Below the pieces are notes generated by a model. That model saw nothing but the letters and a program-made list of their open reading frames with translations. It was not told where the DNA came from and searched no databases. Positions 30,604-41,305 of a DNA stretch of 64,000 bases are shown here, piece by piece. A program made the position numbers and the translations under genes. This DNA comes from Azolla caroliniana (taxonomy: Eukaryota; Plantae; Polypodiophyta): contig JBHGNT010000001.1 of NCBI GenBank assembly GCA_043228905.1, positions 29,884,001 through 29,948,000 of the forward strand, read 5' to 3'. The number at the start of each line of letters is the position of its first letter. Within the stretch, counting starts at the first letter, position 1.

Positions 30604-31032
30604 GGAACTCGATACGGCGTATTGAGTTCCCGTTTAAAGTTTAGGTTTTAAATGGGAACTCGATACGCCATATCGAGTTCATGTTTAAAACCTAAACTTT
30701 AAACGGGAACTCGATACGCCATATCGAGTTCCTGTGCTTTCTTTGCTTTTTAAATAGGAACTCGATACGGCGTATCGAGTCCTTGTTTAAAACCTACACT
30801 TTAAACACGAACTCGATAATCGAGTTCGTGTTTAAAATCCAAACTTTAAACGAGAACTCGATACGGCGTATCGAGTTCCTGTTTAAAGTTTAGGTTTTAA
30901 ACAGGGACTCGATACGCCGTATCGAGTTCCTATTTAAAAAGCAAAAAAAAATTATGAACTCGATACGCCGTATTGAGTTCCTTTATAAAGTTTGTATTGT
31001 ATACAGGAACTCGATACGACATATCGAGTTCT
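30604..31032. repeat. Array of nine palindromes, consensus GGAACTCGATACG(G/C)CGTATCGAGTTCC, ~50-bp period
   Basis: Units start near 30604, 30655, 30706, 30757, 30809 (shortened), 30854, 30905, 30956 and 31006. The ~24-bp AT-rich spacers are related to each other (gtttaaagtttaggttttaaa and its reverse complement). Confidence 0.95.
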
Positions 31033-31240
31033 TGAGCGACAAAACATATTTACAAAAATGTCCACAGTGTCAGAGGCCTACCTGGAGTCCTCGCGCTCGA
31101 TTCTCTTTGAAGACATGGTTGATCGTGTGGCAGTGGAGGCGGAGATCGCGCTTTTGTGCTTTGTGCTTTGTGTGCTTTGTGTGCTCTATGTGCTCTGTAC
31201 GCTCTGTACGCTCTTGTGAGTGAAATATGACGAGGTCTTC

Positions 31241-31250
31241 CTATTTATAG
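31241..31250 (-). promoter_or_regulatory. TATA box of the ParB-methyltransferase gene
   Basis: CTATAAATAG on the minus strand ~125 bp upstream of ATG 31116, followed by a repetitive (agagcacaca-like) leader. Confidence 0.6.
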
Positions 31251-31950
31251 GGATTGACCACATTGGTTAAAGTAACCATAGTCACCTTAACCAAGGTTGG
31301 TAAGTTTGAGGATAGTTAGTTGGTAACCACAGTCACATTAACTAGAGTAACTTATGATTGCATTAATGATTACAAAGTCAAACTAACATATTGATCAATC
31401 TTTTATAGTCATAACAACCTGCAATGACTTCAAAGGTCATGAAGGAGACAATGATAGAGGTTCATGAATGTACCAATGATTGATTACTAAAAGCAACAAT
31501 TTTTATGACTCTCAAATGCTATGTATTAAAGATGTGGGCATGAATTAACCAATGATTGATAAATCTAATATTTAAAATGGTGAGCATTAAAGAACCAATG
31601 AGTGAGAGGTTCTATATCAAAATGGGTGCCATTAATTAGCCAATGATTTTAACATTAATCCAACATATTTATGGCTTCTTAATGATTAGATTTATATTAT
31701 ACTTGATTTAACTTCATATAGATGTAGTTTAAATAATAATTGATATTTTAAATACAATTACTTTATTAAAAATAATTTTTTTATGTATTGTATTAATATA
31801 ATATTAAATAATATAGACATTCTATTGATTTGGCTTTTGTTTAGAGAGAAGTTTACGTTTAGAGAGGAGTATATGTTTAGAGAGGAGCTTATTAGTTTTT
31901 TTCCTTACCCTAAGCACATAACTTACAGAGCCCTATCTAGACCTTAAGCC

Positions 31951-34697
31951 ATGAGTGAAGATTCAACGTTCTCGATTGAAGAATATTGTTTGTCATCAGA
32001 CTCATCGTTTTCTACTGAAGAGTATTGTTTGTTGACAGAGTCACCATATTTGATTGAAGAATATTGTCTCTCGACAGACTCACCATATTCTATCGAAGAA
32101 TATTGTCTAAGCTCATCTACATGGAATGTAAATAATGACACATGTGAAGAGTTCTCTATTGAAGAATACGATATTAATAAAGATACGGAGAATGAAGGTA
32201 GTGCCCAGGAAACATTGAATAACATTGGCGATGGTCACAACAGAGAATTAGATTGTAACAAGGTTACACCAACCTCTATGCAGGAAGAGAAATCTGGGAG
32301 CCCTATGCATATTAGAAGAATCCCACGAAGAATTCATCTGGCTAGATTTAGCTTGGTGACATCAGATAAACATATTGGATTTGATGTCAAAAAAAATATG
32401 TTGTGCTCGTGGTTGTATGTCTATGATTGGAAAATCAAAGTTGCGAGAATTAAGGCGATACTATTTTTCGATGATCGGTGATGAGCAAGACACTTACCTC
32501 AGGTCACATATGCAACTAGTATCTGACAAATGTACGGGGATCAAAGTATCATTTGAGTATTATATCTTCCATGTGCAACAGATATGTAGAGTTGCATTCA
32601 AAATTGCGTTATGTGTTAGTAACATGCAGCTACATAGAGTACAACAACGTCTACTTAGCGGGGATCAGATGCTCAATTGTAAAGAGGTTCCAAGTATGAA
32701 AGGTGCAATTGGAAGACATGCTATTGGTTGGATGAAAACTTACTTTCAGTTAAATTGTGAAGTAATGCCCACTACAGGTAGGATGCACCTTTCTGCTAAT
32801 TATACACGTCGGGAAGTTTATGATGTCTATCGATCTGATATGCTGGGCTCACGTAATAAGTCTATCACCTATAGCCAATTCACAAGATTATGGAGAGCTT
32901 GGTTTTCAAATGTTATTATTCCTCGTAAAGTACGTATGGGGTATTGCTCCATTTGTGCAAATCTTAAAAGTTTGGCTAAAGGTGCAAAGACATCAATGGA
33001 AAAGGATACGAGTAAGAAGTTACTACAAGAGCATCGTGAGGCACAATCCTTAGAACGAAAGAAGGCGATGCATCATAGAGAGAAGTGTTTGAAGAGGCCC
33101 GAACAATACATGTGCTTAATGATAGATGGCATGGACCAGAAGAAGACATGCTTGCCGCATATGCGGAGGAATGCACTTGGTGGGATGCTTGGCTTATAAT
33201 AGGTCTGTTCGACCTCACGTCTTCATTACTTACCCCAATGTTCACAATGACCCTAACCTAACAGTTACAGTGATTCACCGAGTTTTGATGTCTTGGGGCC
33301 AACCTTTCCCCCCTGTTCTATACATTCAATTGGACAATACTGCTAGAGAGAACAAAAATTCAACTGTATTTGGCTATCTAAGTATGTTGGTCAACCAAGA
33401 ATTGTTTAGGAAAGTGAAAGTCAATTTCCTTTTGGTTGGCCACACACATGACCATAGAGATCAGATGTTTAGCACATTCTCCAAACAGTTGTCTCGGCAT
33501 GATGCTTTCACTTTACCTAAACTATTTGATGTCATTTGTGATGCATATACACCACGCCCAAAAGTGTTACACTTGAAGGAGGTATATGACTTTAAGAGAT
33601 ATATATTAGATGGGGGTGGTGGGAATGTTGAAGTGCTTGCTCAGTTAAACAATATAAGTTTCAATCACATTTTTATGATAAAGAAAAATGGAATAAGTGG
33701 TTCTACACTTTTGTATGCTAAACAATATTCATCTTCTACAACATGGGAACCTGAAGGTGGTTGCCAGTTATTACTTTGTTTGCCGAGTACAATTGTCCAT
33801 GGAGCGAAGCAAATGCCAATTGAGAAGAAAGGGCAGTTGCAGAGCGACTTGGTATCAGAACAAAAACGGTCATGGCTCCAAGCCTTAGAAGAAAAAAGAA
33901 AGCATATTGAGGCCGCCAATAAATATGCCACACAACAAGACACGTCATGGTGGGATGTATTTTATAGTGATCAGAAAGAAATTATAGACAATTGTGTATC
34001 TGTTGATAATTGGAATTTGGAAACGCCATTCACATGGTCGTTGCAACATGATCGCGTAAATAGAACTCCGGAGCAACTAGTAAATGCGATTAATGACAGC
34101 TTAGTCCATCCACAACAAAGAGACATTTATGTGGGACCAAGGATGACCAAAGCAGCCGAAGCTAAACGGCAAGGCAATTTGCAAGAGCTCACCGCGGGGA
34201 TGTTGATTGCAACGCCGGCTGATGAGAACTCACATGGCCACCAATTTTGGGTTGGTAAAATTCTAGAAGTGCTAATGCATGAAATAGAAAACACGATCAA
34301 GTCTATAAATGTTCATTCGTACAACACTAGAAGTGCAAATGCTTTTACAGGTAAGTATACATTGGAGATGATTGAATGCCCAACAAGAAGGGGAGGTAGG
34401 AAGAGGAAGCGAAACATTCGTAACACCTCGACCCTTGATATCTCTGATGTGGATATCATCGTGTACGACTTCACACTTACAAAAGCCGGACGATTAAGGA
34501 AGTCAACAATAGATATAATAAAAGAAAATTTACTAGGTCTACAAGGTGGCTTGAGTCAAAGGCAAACGAGATCTACTACATATAATCTAGAGTCAAACCA
34601 TTTGGTTTATGACGAAGATAATGCACTGATTGGTACATCCGAGGATGATGAGGAGAAATCGTCATTGTATATTAGTTATAGTAGTGATTCTCCGTAA
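31951..34697 (+). pseudogene. DDD-type transposase, Sola-like; two frameshifts
   Basis: Three overlapping ORFs (31951-, 32375-, 33126-) join with frameshifts near 32375 and 33168. Motifs: ICRVAF, CSICANLK...H, LMIDGMDQKKT, YIQLDNTARENKN, FLLVGHTHDHRDQMFS. It lies between the TIRs. Confidence 0.85.
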
Positions 34698-35019
34698 AGG
34701 AGTGATCATGAATGTATATTTGGCTATTAAGTGTAACTACATTCCGCTTGTAACAAATCGAGTAATATAAAAGCATGTGTTTTGAATTCTTATGATTTCT
34801 AAAAAATCGTTTCTTATAAAATAACATTGGTTGTAAAGTTTGTGATATAAATTGAGAATGTATCTTTTTGAAATTCGTCTTTTTTTAGTTACTTCTAAAT
34901 CACGAGAATAATGGATTTTTAACCTTTTTCATAGTATGTTTGAACATGTATGATACTAGTATCAATGTGTTTTGTAAAATCATTGAAAAAGCCCTAAAAT
35001 TTCCCTTATCCTTCCATTT

Positions 35020-35055
35020 ATGCACGATCCTTCCACTTGTGAACGCGAACGTGTT
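35020..35055 (-). repeat. Right TIR of the DNA transposon
   Basis: atgcacgatccttccacttgtgaacgcgaacgtgtt followed by TSD aagt. Confidence 0.95.
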
Positions 35056-37141
35056 AAGTGTAGTTTTGATAGCAAACAAGTCGAATTCTTGGGTTATACT
35101 ATTTCGTCCAAGGGTATCTTCATGGATCCAGCAAAAGTCAAAACAATAATTGGAATGGAAACCCCCACGTTTTGTTCGAGACGTCCAATGTTTCCTCTGA
35201 TTTGCTAATTTCTATTGCAAATTCATATGGAATTATTCAAAGATCGTGTTGCCTCTCACCCAACTCACCAAGAAAGATCACGCGTTTGTTTGGACTAATG
35301 AAGTGAACACGACCTTTACTTAGCTCAAAAAGGCATTCGCATCAGCTCCTATCTCAGCGCATATTGATCCTAAAAGGCCATTTACTATTGAGGCGGATGC
35401 GTCAGACTTTGCATTGGGGAGTATCCTATCACAACCAAGCAAGGACGGGCAATCCCATCCAGGCGCGTTTCACTTGCGAAAATTTATTGTTGCGGAGATA
35501 AACTACGTGGTGCATGACAATGAGTTATTAGCTATGGTTGACTCTTTCGAGCAATGGCGACATTTCTTGGAAGGATCGCCTCATCAAATCATCATCTATA
35601 GTGATCACAAAAATCTTACGTATTTTCAAACGGCTCGAGTGTTAAATAGGAGACAAGCTCGGTGGGCACAATTTCTAACTCATTTAGATTTCAAGATCAT
35701 TTTTTTCCCCGGGAAAAAACAAGGGAAAGCGGATGCTCTGTCTCGACGATCATTTCTTGCACTTCGGCCTGGAGATCTGGCCTTCGACAATCAAAAGCAA
35801 ATTCTCCTAGGACCATCAAAACTACAAGCAACAATAGTTTATGCCACGCCGCTTGAATCAAGCCTTGTGGATACTATTCGGCAACGACTTCACTCTGATG
35901 ATTTCACTAAGGATGTCTTAGCCCACATTAATCCAAGCCATGCATCTTGCTCCACATTGCAAGGGTCATCTCAACACTATCAGGAATTCAAATGTCAAGA
36001 TGGCTTACTATTTTACAAGAATCTCCTTTACGTCCTTGATGGATCACCCCGCCTTGAATTATTGGAGCATTGTCATGATGCCCCCATAGCTGGACATTTT
36101 GGTATTGCCAAGACAATGGAGTTGGTGAAGCGCTCGTTTTGGTGGTCTCATTTGCAAAACTTTGTCAAAGATTATGTTCGTACATGTGACACCTGTTGTC
36201 AAGCCAAAATACCCAGGCATCATCCTTATGGCTTGTTACATCCATTACCGCCTCCAACTAAGCCATGGCCGTGTATTTCTATAGATTTCATTACGGATCT
36301 TCCACCTTCAAAAGGATTTGATACTATTTTAACAGTAGTCGATCGATTTACCAAGATGGCACATTTTTTACCATGTGTAAAGAGCATCAATAGTCAGGAA
36401 ACTACATATCTCATTATGCGTGAAGTGTTTCAACATCATGGTCTTCCAGAAAATATAATTAGCGATCGTGGTCCTCAATTTATCTCTCACTTTTGGAAGC
36501 ACCTATGGGCAGGCCTCAAAATTTCCTGCAAACTCTCTTCGGCTTATCATCCACAAAATGACGGACAAACAAAGCGCACAAATCAAACACTCGAGCATTA
36601 TCTTTGTTGCTTCATCAGTTATCAACAAGATGATTGGAGTAATATTTTACATCTTGTTGAGTTTGCATACAATAACACGATACACTCTTCTACCAAGGTT
36701 ACACCTTTCTTTGCCTACACCGGCAACCATCCTCGATGGTGTATCCTAGATCTTCCCGAGGTTACACAAAACCCTGGTGCTAAGCAACAGCTTCATCGAC
36801 TACACCGGATCTAGTTAACGTTATCTTCACATCTTCAGACAACATAAGACTAATGCAGATCGCCATCGTCTTAAGTCTCCTTTTAAGGTTGGTGACCGAG
36901 TATGGTTGCGTCGTCGTCACATCAAGACTACCCGCCCCTGTGAGAAACTCAATTATTAGTGCTTAGGTCCTTTTCTCATCATGACGCGGATTAATGATGC
37001 AACCTTTTTCCAACACACATGCGGCTTCACCCAGTCTTTCATAGCTCTCTTTTGGAACCTTTTGTCATCGACTTCCATCGCCGTTATCCAAACAAACGGG
37101 GCAATGTCGACTTCCACTCGTCGTTCTCGAAGGGGATATAG

Positions 37142-37578
37142 TGTCATGAATACATAAACATCATGGCTTCACTTGGACTTGAACCCAAGACCTTGTAATA
37201 CATAATCACGAACCCAACCATTAAGATAGCCTATGATCATATGAGATAATAAAAGCTACTTCTTGTAATACACTGATTATTGTAAATACTCTAGAACATT
37301 CTAGAATATCCTAGAACATCTTAGAATATTCTAGGTCTAGAACATTCTAGAACATTCTAGAAATCTCTAGGCTATTCTATAGGAATCTATAAATAGGGGC
37401 ATACATGTATTCTCAAATCAATTCGAATCAACACCAATCTTAAGCTCTCATCGCTATCTTGTATCGATTCTCATTCTACTTTAATACATTCATTCTTCTC
37501 TTATCATTTCATTCCTCTCTTCTTGTGATCTCTTTATATCTTTCTTCTGTCACTCTATCTTCTGTCTTGGTTCTAACA
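37142..37578 (+). repeat. Gypsy 3' LTR (437 bp)
   Basis: TGTCATG...CTAACA after purine tract gaaggggatatag; aligns to 23285-~23640. Confidence 0.93.
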
Positions 37579-40500
37579 GTACCTCTGGTCGACGAGATCT
37601 TGGCACTATTGTTGTTGGGATCCCTTTCGGATAGCTGGGAGATGCTCGTTGTCACTTTGGGGAATGCCGGACCAGAAGGGACGCATCTATTCTTGGAGAA
37701 GGTGAAGTTGAGCTTGTTAAATGAGGAAGCTCACCGGAAGGACAGAGAGTCCATTTCCGATCTGAAAGCCCTAATCATAGAATGTGACTTGAACAGAGGG
37801 AGAGGCCAACAAAGGAGTCCCCAGAACCGGGACAAGTTCGGTACGAGGTCGAAGTCAAGAGGAAGGCCCACATGCTTCTATTGTGGGAAGCCGAGGCACT
37901 TCCAAAAGAATTGTCGACACCTACGGAAAGAGAAAAATGATGGTGTGGAGCCGACGAAGATTTTGAATTGAAAGGGCACCTTAGCAATCACAACAAGTGA
38001 GGAGGAGCTATTGTTGATTAGCGAGCAATATGAAATAAACTTTGTCAACGACGAAACGACATGGGTGGTCAAGTCCCGACCGAGTATGCTTCTAATGTTA
38101 CATAGTCGGTGACCATGGGTACGTGAAGATGGGAAACGAAGAAGCATGCCGAATCATCAGTATTGGAGATGTGTGATTGTTAAATTCAATCGGGTGCAAA
38201 TTGGTGCTGACACAATCCGGAGATTAAATTGAATATGATATCAGCCGGTCGGCTGGATGATGAAGGCTACATGGTAGGTTGCGGAATGACACACTAAAGT
38301 TCTGCAAAGGAAATCTGATTGTGGCATGAACCTGGAAGACAAACACATTATATCTTATGCATGCTCGACTATGCCAAGAGGAAGTAAATGTGGTCGTCGG
38401 CACAACCAGTGAGTTGTGGCACAAAATGCTATGCCACATGAGTGAGAAGGGAATGTGGAAGCTTGCCGAGGATAACCTCATTCCGGAAGTGAAGAATATG
38501 CAACTTGATAAGTGCATTGATTGCTTGACCGACAAACAGAATAGAGCCTCCTTCCGATCCAAGCCCCCGATGAGGAAGAAGATGCCGCAAGAACTCATGC
38601 ATACGGATGTATGTTACGTAGATACAAAGTCTCATGCTAGCTCACAATATTTCGTGACCTTCATAGACGACTATACCTGGAAGTTGTGGGTTTCTGTATT
38701 GAAGACCAAGGACCATGTGTTGTCATTCTTCAAGGAGTTCCAAACGAGAGCCGAGAGAGAGACTGCCGGAAATTGAAAGTGGTTCTAGCAAATAACAGAG
38801 GAAAATATCGAATGTAGTTCGAGGAGTACTATTGATCGAAGGGTATCCGGCTCGAATACACCATGTTGAAGATCCAGAGTTGAACGAGTTGGCCGAGAGA
38901 ATGAACCCGACCGTCATGGAGAGAGTCCAGAGCATGCTTGCACATGCAAAACTATCCAAGAAGTTTTGGGTTGAGGTGCTAATGACGGCGGTCCACATGA
39001 TAAATAGGTCACCCCCAATACCCTTGGACAGAGATATTCCATAAGGGTGTGGACAGGCAAAGACGTCTCGTACCACCATTTGAGGGTGTTCGACTATCTT
39101 GCCTACGTGCATGTAGAAAAGGACCAAAGGGGCAAATTGGACCCAAATACTCGGTTGTGCATATTTTTGGGATACAACGACGACGAGTTCGATTATGGAC
39201 TATGGGACTTAGCCGATAAGAAGGTAATTCGGAGCTAAGACATTGTCTTTATGGAAGAAAAGACAATTGTTGATTGGGAGATGGAGAAGACAGAGTCAGC
39301 ATCCCTGTCAACCGAGAATAGACATCCAACTAACACAGCCGAATCCAACTCGGCCGATTCGAGCTGAGTTGTTGGCCAGCTGAATCAGACTCAAGTCAAT
39401 TTGACCAAAGGCGGATACAAACCAATCGGTCAAGTAGTTAGTTGGAAAAGTCAAGAGTCGACTAAGGAACAAGGGGAATCAGTCGAAAGAAGACAATTGG
39501 CAGAACAAGGATTCGAATCCAACTTGGACGAAGAGTCAACCGAAGAAGTCGAACATGAGTTGACTGCATCGAATGGAGGCAAAAGATACCCTTTGAGAGC
39601 GAGAAGAGCCCCCCCGAACAAGGAAGACAATTGGCCGAACAAGGATTCGAGTACGACTCGGACGAAGAGTCAACGAAAAAAGTCGAACATGAGTTGACTG
39701 CATTTAATGGAGATATATATGTAGCAACTAGAAGGATTTGTCGAAAAGGGGAAGGAGAACCTGGTATGCCGGTTGACGAAGAACCTTTATGGATTGAAGT
39801 AGGCTCCCCGGCAATGGTACCAGAAGTTCAAATCCTTCATGGCCGACCAAGGGTACCACAAAACGCAGGCCGATCACTGCATATTTGTGACGAAGTTCAA
39901 CGGAGGAGACTTCCTCGTCCTCCTATTGTATGTGGACGACATGTTGATTGTTGGACGGAACCATATGAAAATCAGAATGCTAAAGAAGGCCTTGAGTAGG
40001 TCATTCTTAATGAAGGATATGGATCTGGCAAGGCAGATCCTGGGAATGCACATTGTCCAGGACCCGACAAAGAGGTTATTGTGGTTGTCACAGGAGAAGT
40101 GTGTGTCAAAGGTGCTCCAGAGATTCAACATGGAAAGCGCAAAGCCGATCGACTCGACACTGCCGATCGACAACAAATTATCCGGTAGACAATGTCTGAA
40201 GACGAAGACGGAGAAGGCTGAGATGAGTAAGGTCCTTTATGCCTCAACAGTCTGAAGCTTGATGTACGCGATGGTATGTACCAGGTCGGACATCGAATAC
40301 GCAGTTGGAGTCGTCAACCGATTCATGAGCAATCCGAGCAGAGAGCATTGGGCTACAGTCAAGTAGATACTCTGGTACTTAAGAGGCACCTCGAGCGTGC
40401 GTCTCCGATTTGGCTCAAGTAACCCATATTGGAAGGTTATACTGATTTAGAGTTGTCAGTTGATGTGGATACCAGCGGGTCCACATTCAAATACGTAATA

Positions 40501-40915
40501 ACTTATGCATGGGGAGCTGTCTCGTGGCAATCAAGGTTGCAAAAGGTTGTGGCGTTGTCGACCACATAAGCGGACTACATGGCTATTGTAGAAGCCGACA
40601 AGGAGATAATATGGATGAAGGAGTTCATCGGAGAGTTGGGGATTTAGCAAGAAGAATTCTAACTCTACTGCGTCAACCAAAGTGCCATCCACCTTGCGAA
40701 GAAATCTGCATACCACTCGAGGACCAAGCATATCCAGAGGAGATACCATTGGCTCCAAGAGAGGGTGGAAGATAAGGATTTTGCTCTGATGAAGATCCAC
40801 ACAACAGAAAACGGATCTGACATGCTAACAAAGGTGCTATCAACAGAGAAGCTAGACACGTGCAGAAAACATGTCAGATTGACAAAGCACCCCATGCCGG
40901 AGTGAAGAGGGAGCT

Positions 40916-41305
40916 TGTTAGGAAACAAGTCCCTCTTAATAGGAAGGAGAGCACGAATCGAAGAGAAGAGTAAACCGAATCGGTCAAAGCCAACTCAGGG
41001 CTATATTTGTAATACCCCATATTGTGTATGAGTATAAATACACTTAGGGGAAATCATTATGGTATGTATGAGTCATTCGTGTGTAGGAGAGAGCGAGAGA
41101 GTAGTAACTCTGTTTTAACTGTATGTGGACGAAGTAGAACTCAAGGTTGTTGCCTTGCAGTTTATTATTGTACATTCCTCTTACCTATAGTGATATAGTT
41201 CAGAGTTTGTGGACTCTCGTGGTTTTTCCCTATCAAGGTTTCCACGTAAAAAATACTTGTGTCTCTATACTTTCATTTTCTGTCTTCTATCTTCTGTCTT
41301 TTTGT
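40916..41305 (+). repeat. Copia 3' LTR, 3' end truncated
   Basis: tgttaggaaacaagtccctc... matches 22418 onward. Similarity stops ~65 bp short of the 5' LTR end, so the TSD cannot be checked. Confidence 0.9.

Larger units (their letters stand above)
25863..31116 (-). pseudogene. Spliced gene for a ParB/Srx-like domain fused to a beta-class DNA N6-adenine/N4-cytosine methyltransferase; disrupted in this copy
   Basis: Phase-compatible exons: 31116-31082, 30095-28458, 28381-(27237; duplicated and interrupted), 27153-26687, 26598-26306, 26215-25863. Motifs in order: VVCGDVVDLI, LMIADIPYG, AWIK, NPYQKPQRLMMRLIEMFSIEGDWILDLFSGT|GTTSACALKLFRNTVALEKD. In-frame stops at 26830-26832 and 26097-26099, a 214-bp duplication and a 788-bp insertion. 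Confidence 0.88.
24818..35055. mobile_element. 10.2-kb TIR DNA transposon (Sola-like DDD transposase) carrying a ParB-methyltransferase gene
   Basis: 36-bp TIRs at 24818-24853 and 35020-35055 (3 mismatches). 4-bp TSD AAGT at 24814-24817 and 35056-35059. Excision restores gypsy RT YVKLEK|CSFDSKQVEFLGY in frame. Confidence 0.95.
23285..37578 (+). mobile_element. Ty3/gypsy LTR retrotransposon, chromovirus (Tcn1-like), inserted in copia gag
   Basis: LTRs 23285-~23640 and 37142-37578. 5-bp TSD gtatc (23280-23284) / gtacc (37579-37583); removing the element restores copia gag TSLEV|PLVDEILALLLLGSL. Domains: protease 23668-23940, RT 24262-24817 + 35060 onward (YLDD), RNase H (EADASDFALG), integrase (HHCC, ISIDFITDLP, SDRGPQF). 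gag and PBS are deleted. Confidence 0.95.
22418..41305 (+). mobile_element. Ty1/copia LTR retrotransposon (degenerate), split by a nested gypsy insertion
   Basis: 5' LTR 22418-22867 (TGTTAGG...TTCA), PBS TGGTATCAGAGC 22871-22882. gag starts ~22886 and resumes at 37579, followed by zinc knuckle CFYCGKPRHFQKNC, GAG-pre-integrase LWHKMLCHMSEKGM, integrase HTDVC...YFVTFIDD, RT LLLYVDDML and RNase H. PPT gaagagggag, then 3' LTR from 40916. Many stops and frameshifts. Confidence 0.95.

Noticed and set aside
30604-31032. CRISPR array (palindromic ~27-bp repeats with ~24-bp spacers)
   Set aside because: Spacers are copies or reverse complements of one another rather than unique, no cas genes are present, and the context is a eukaryotic intron.
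25863-31116. Bacterial contamination or a prophage as the source of the ParB-MTase
   Set aside because: The gene has in-phase GT-AG introns and lies inside TIRs and a TSD embedded in a plant retrotransposon.
30954-31223. Plus-strand ORFs of 75-89 aa with Cys/Val repeats
   Set aside because: They are the antisense reading of the MTase gene's repetitive 5' UTR and first exon.
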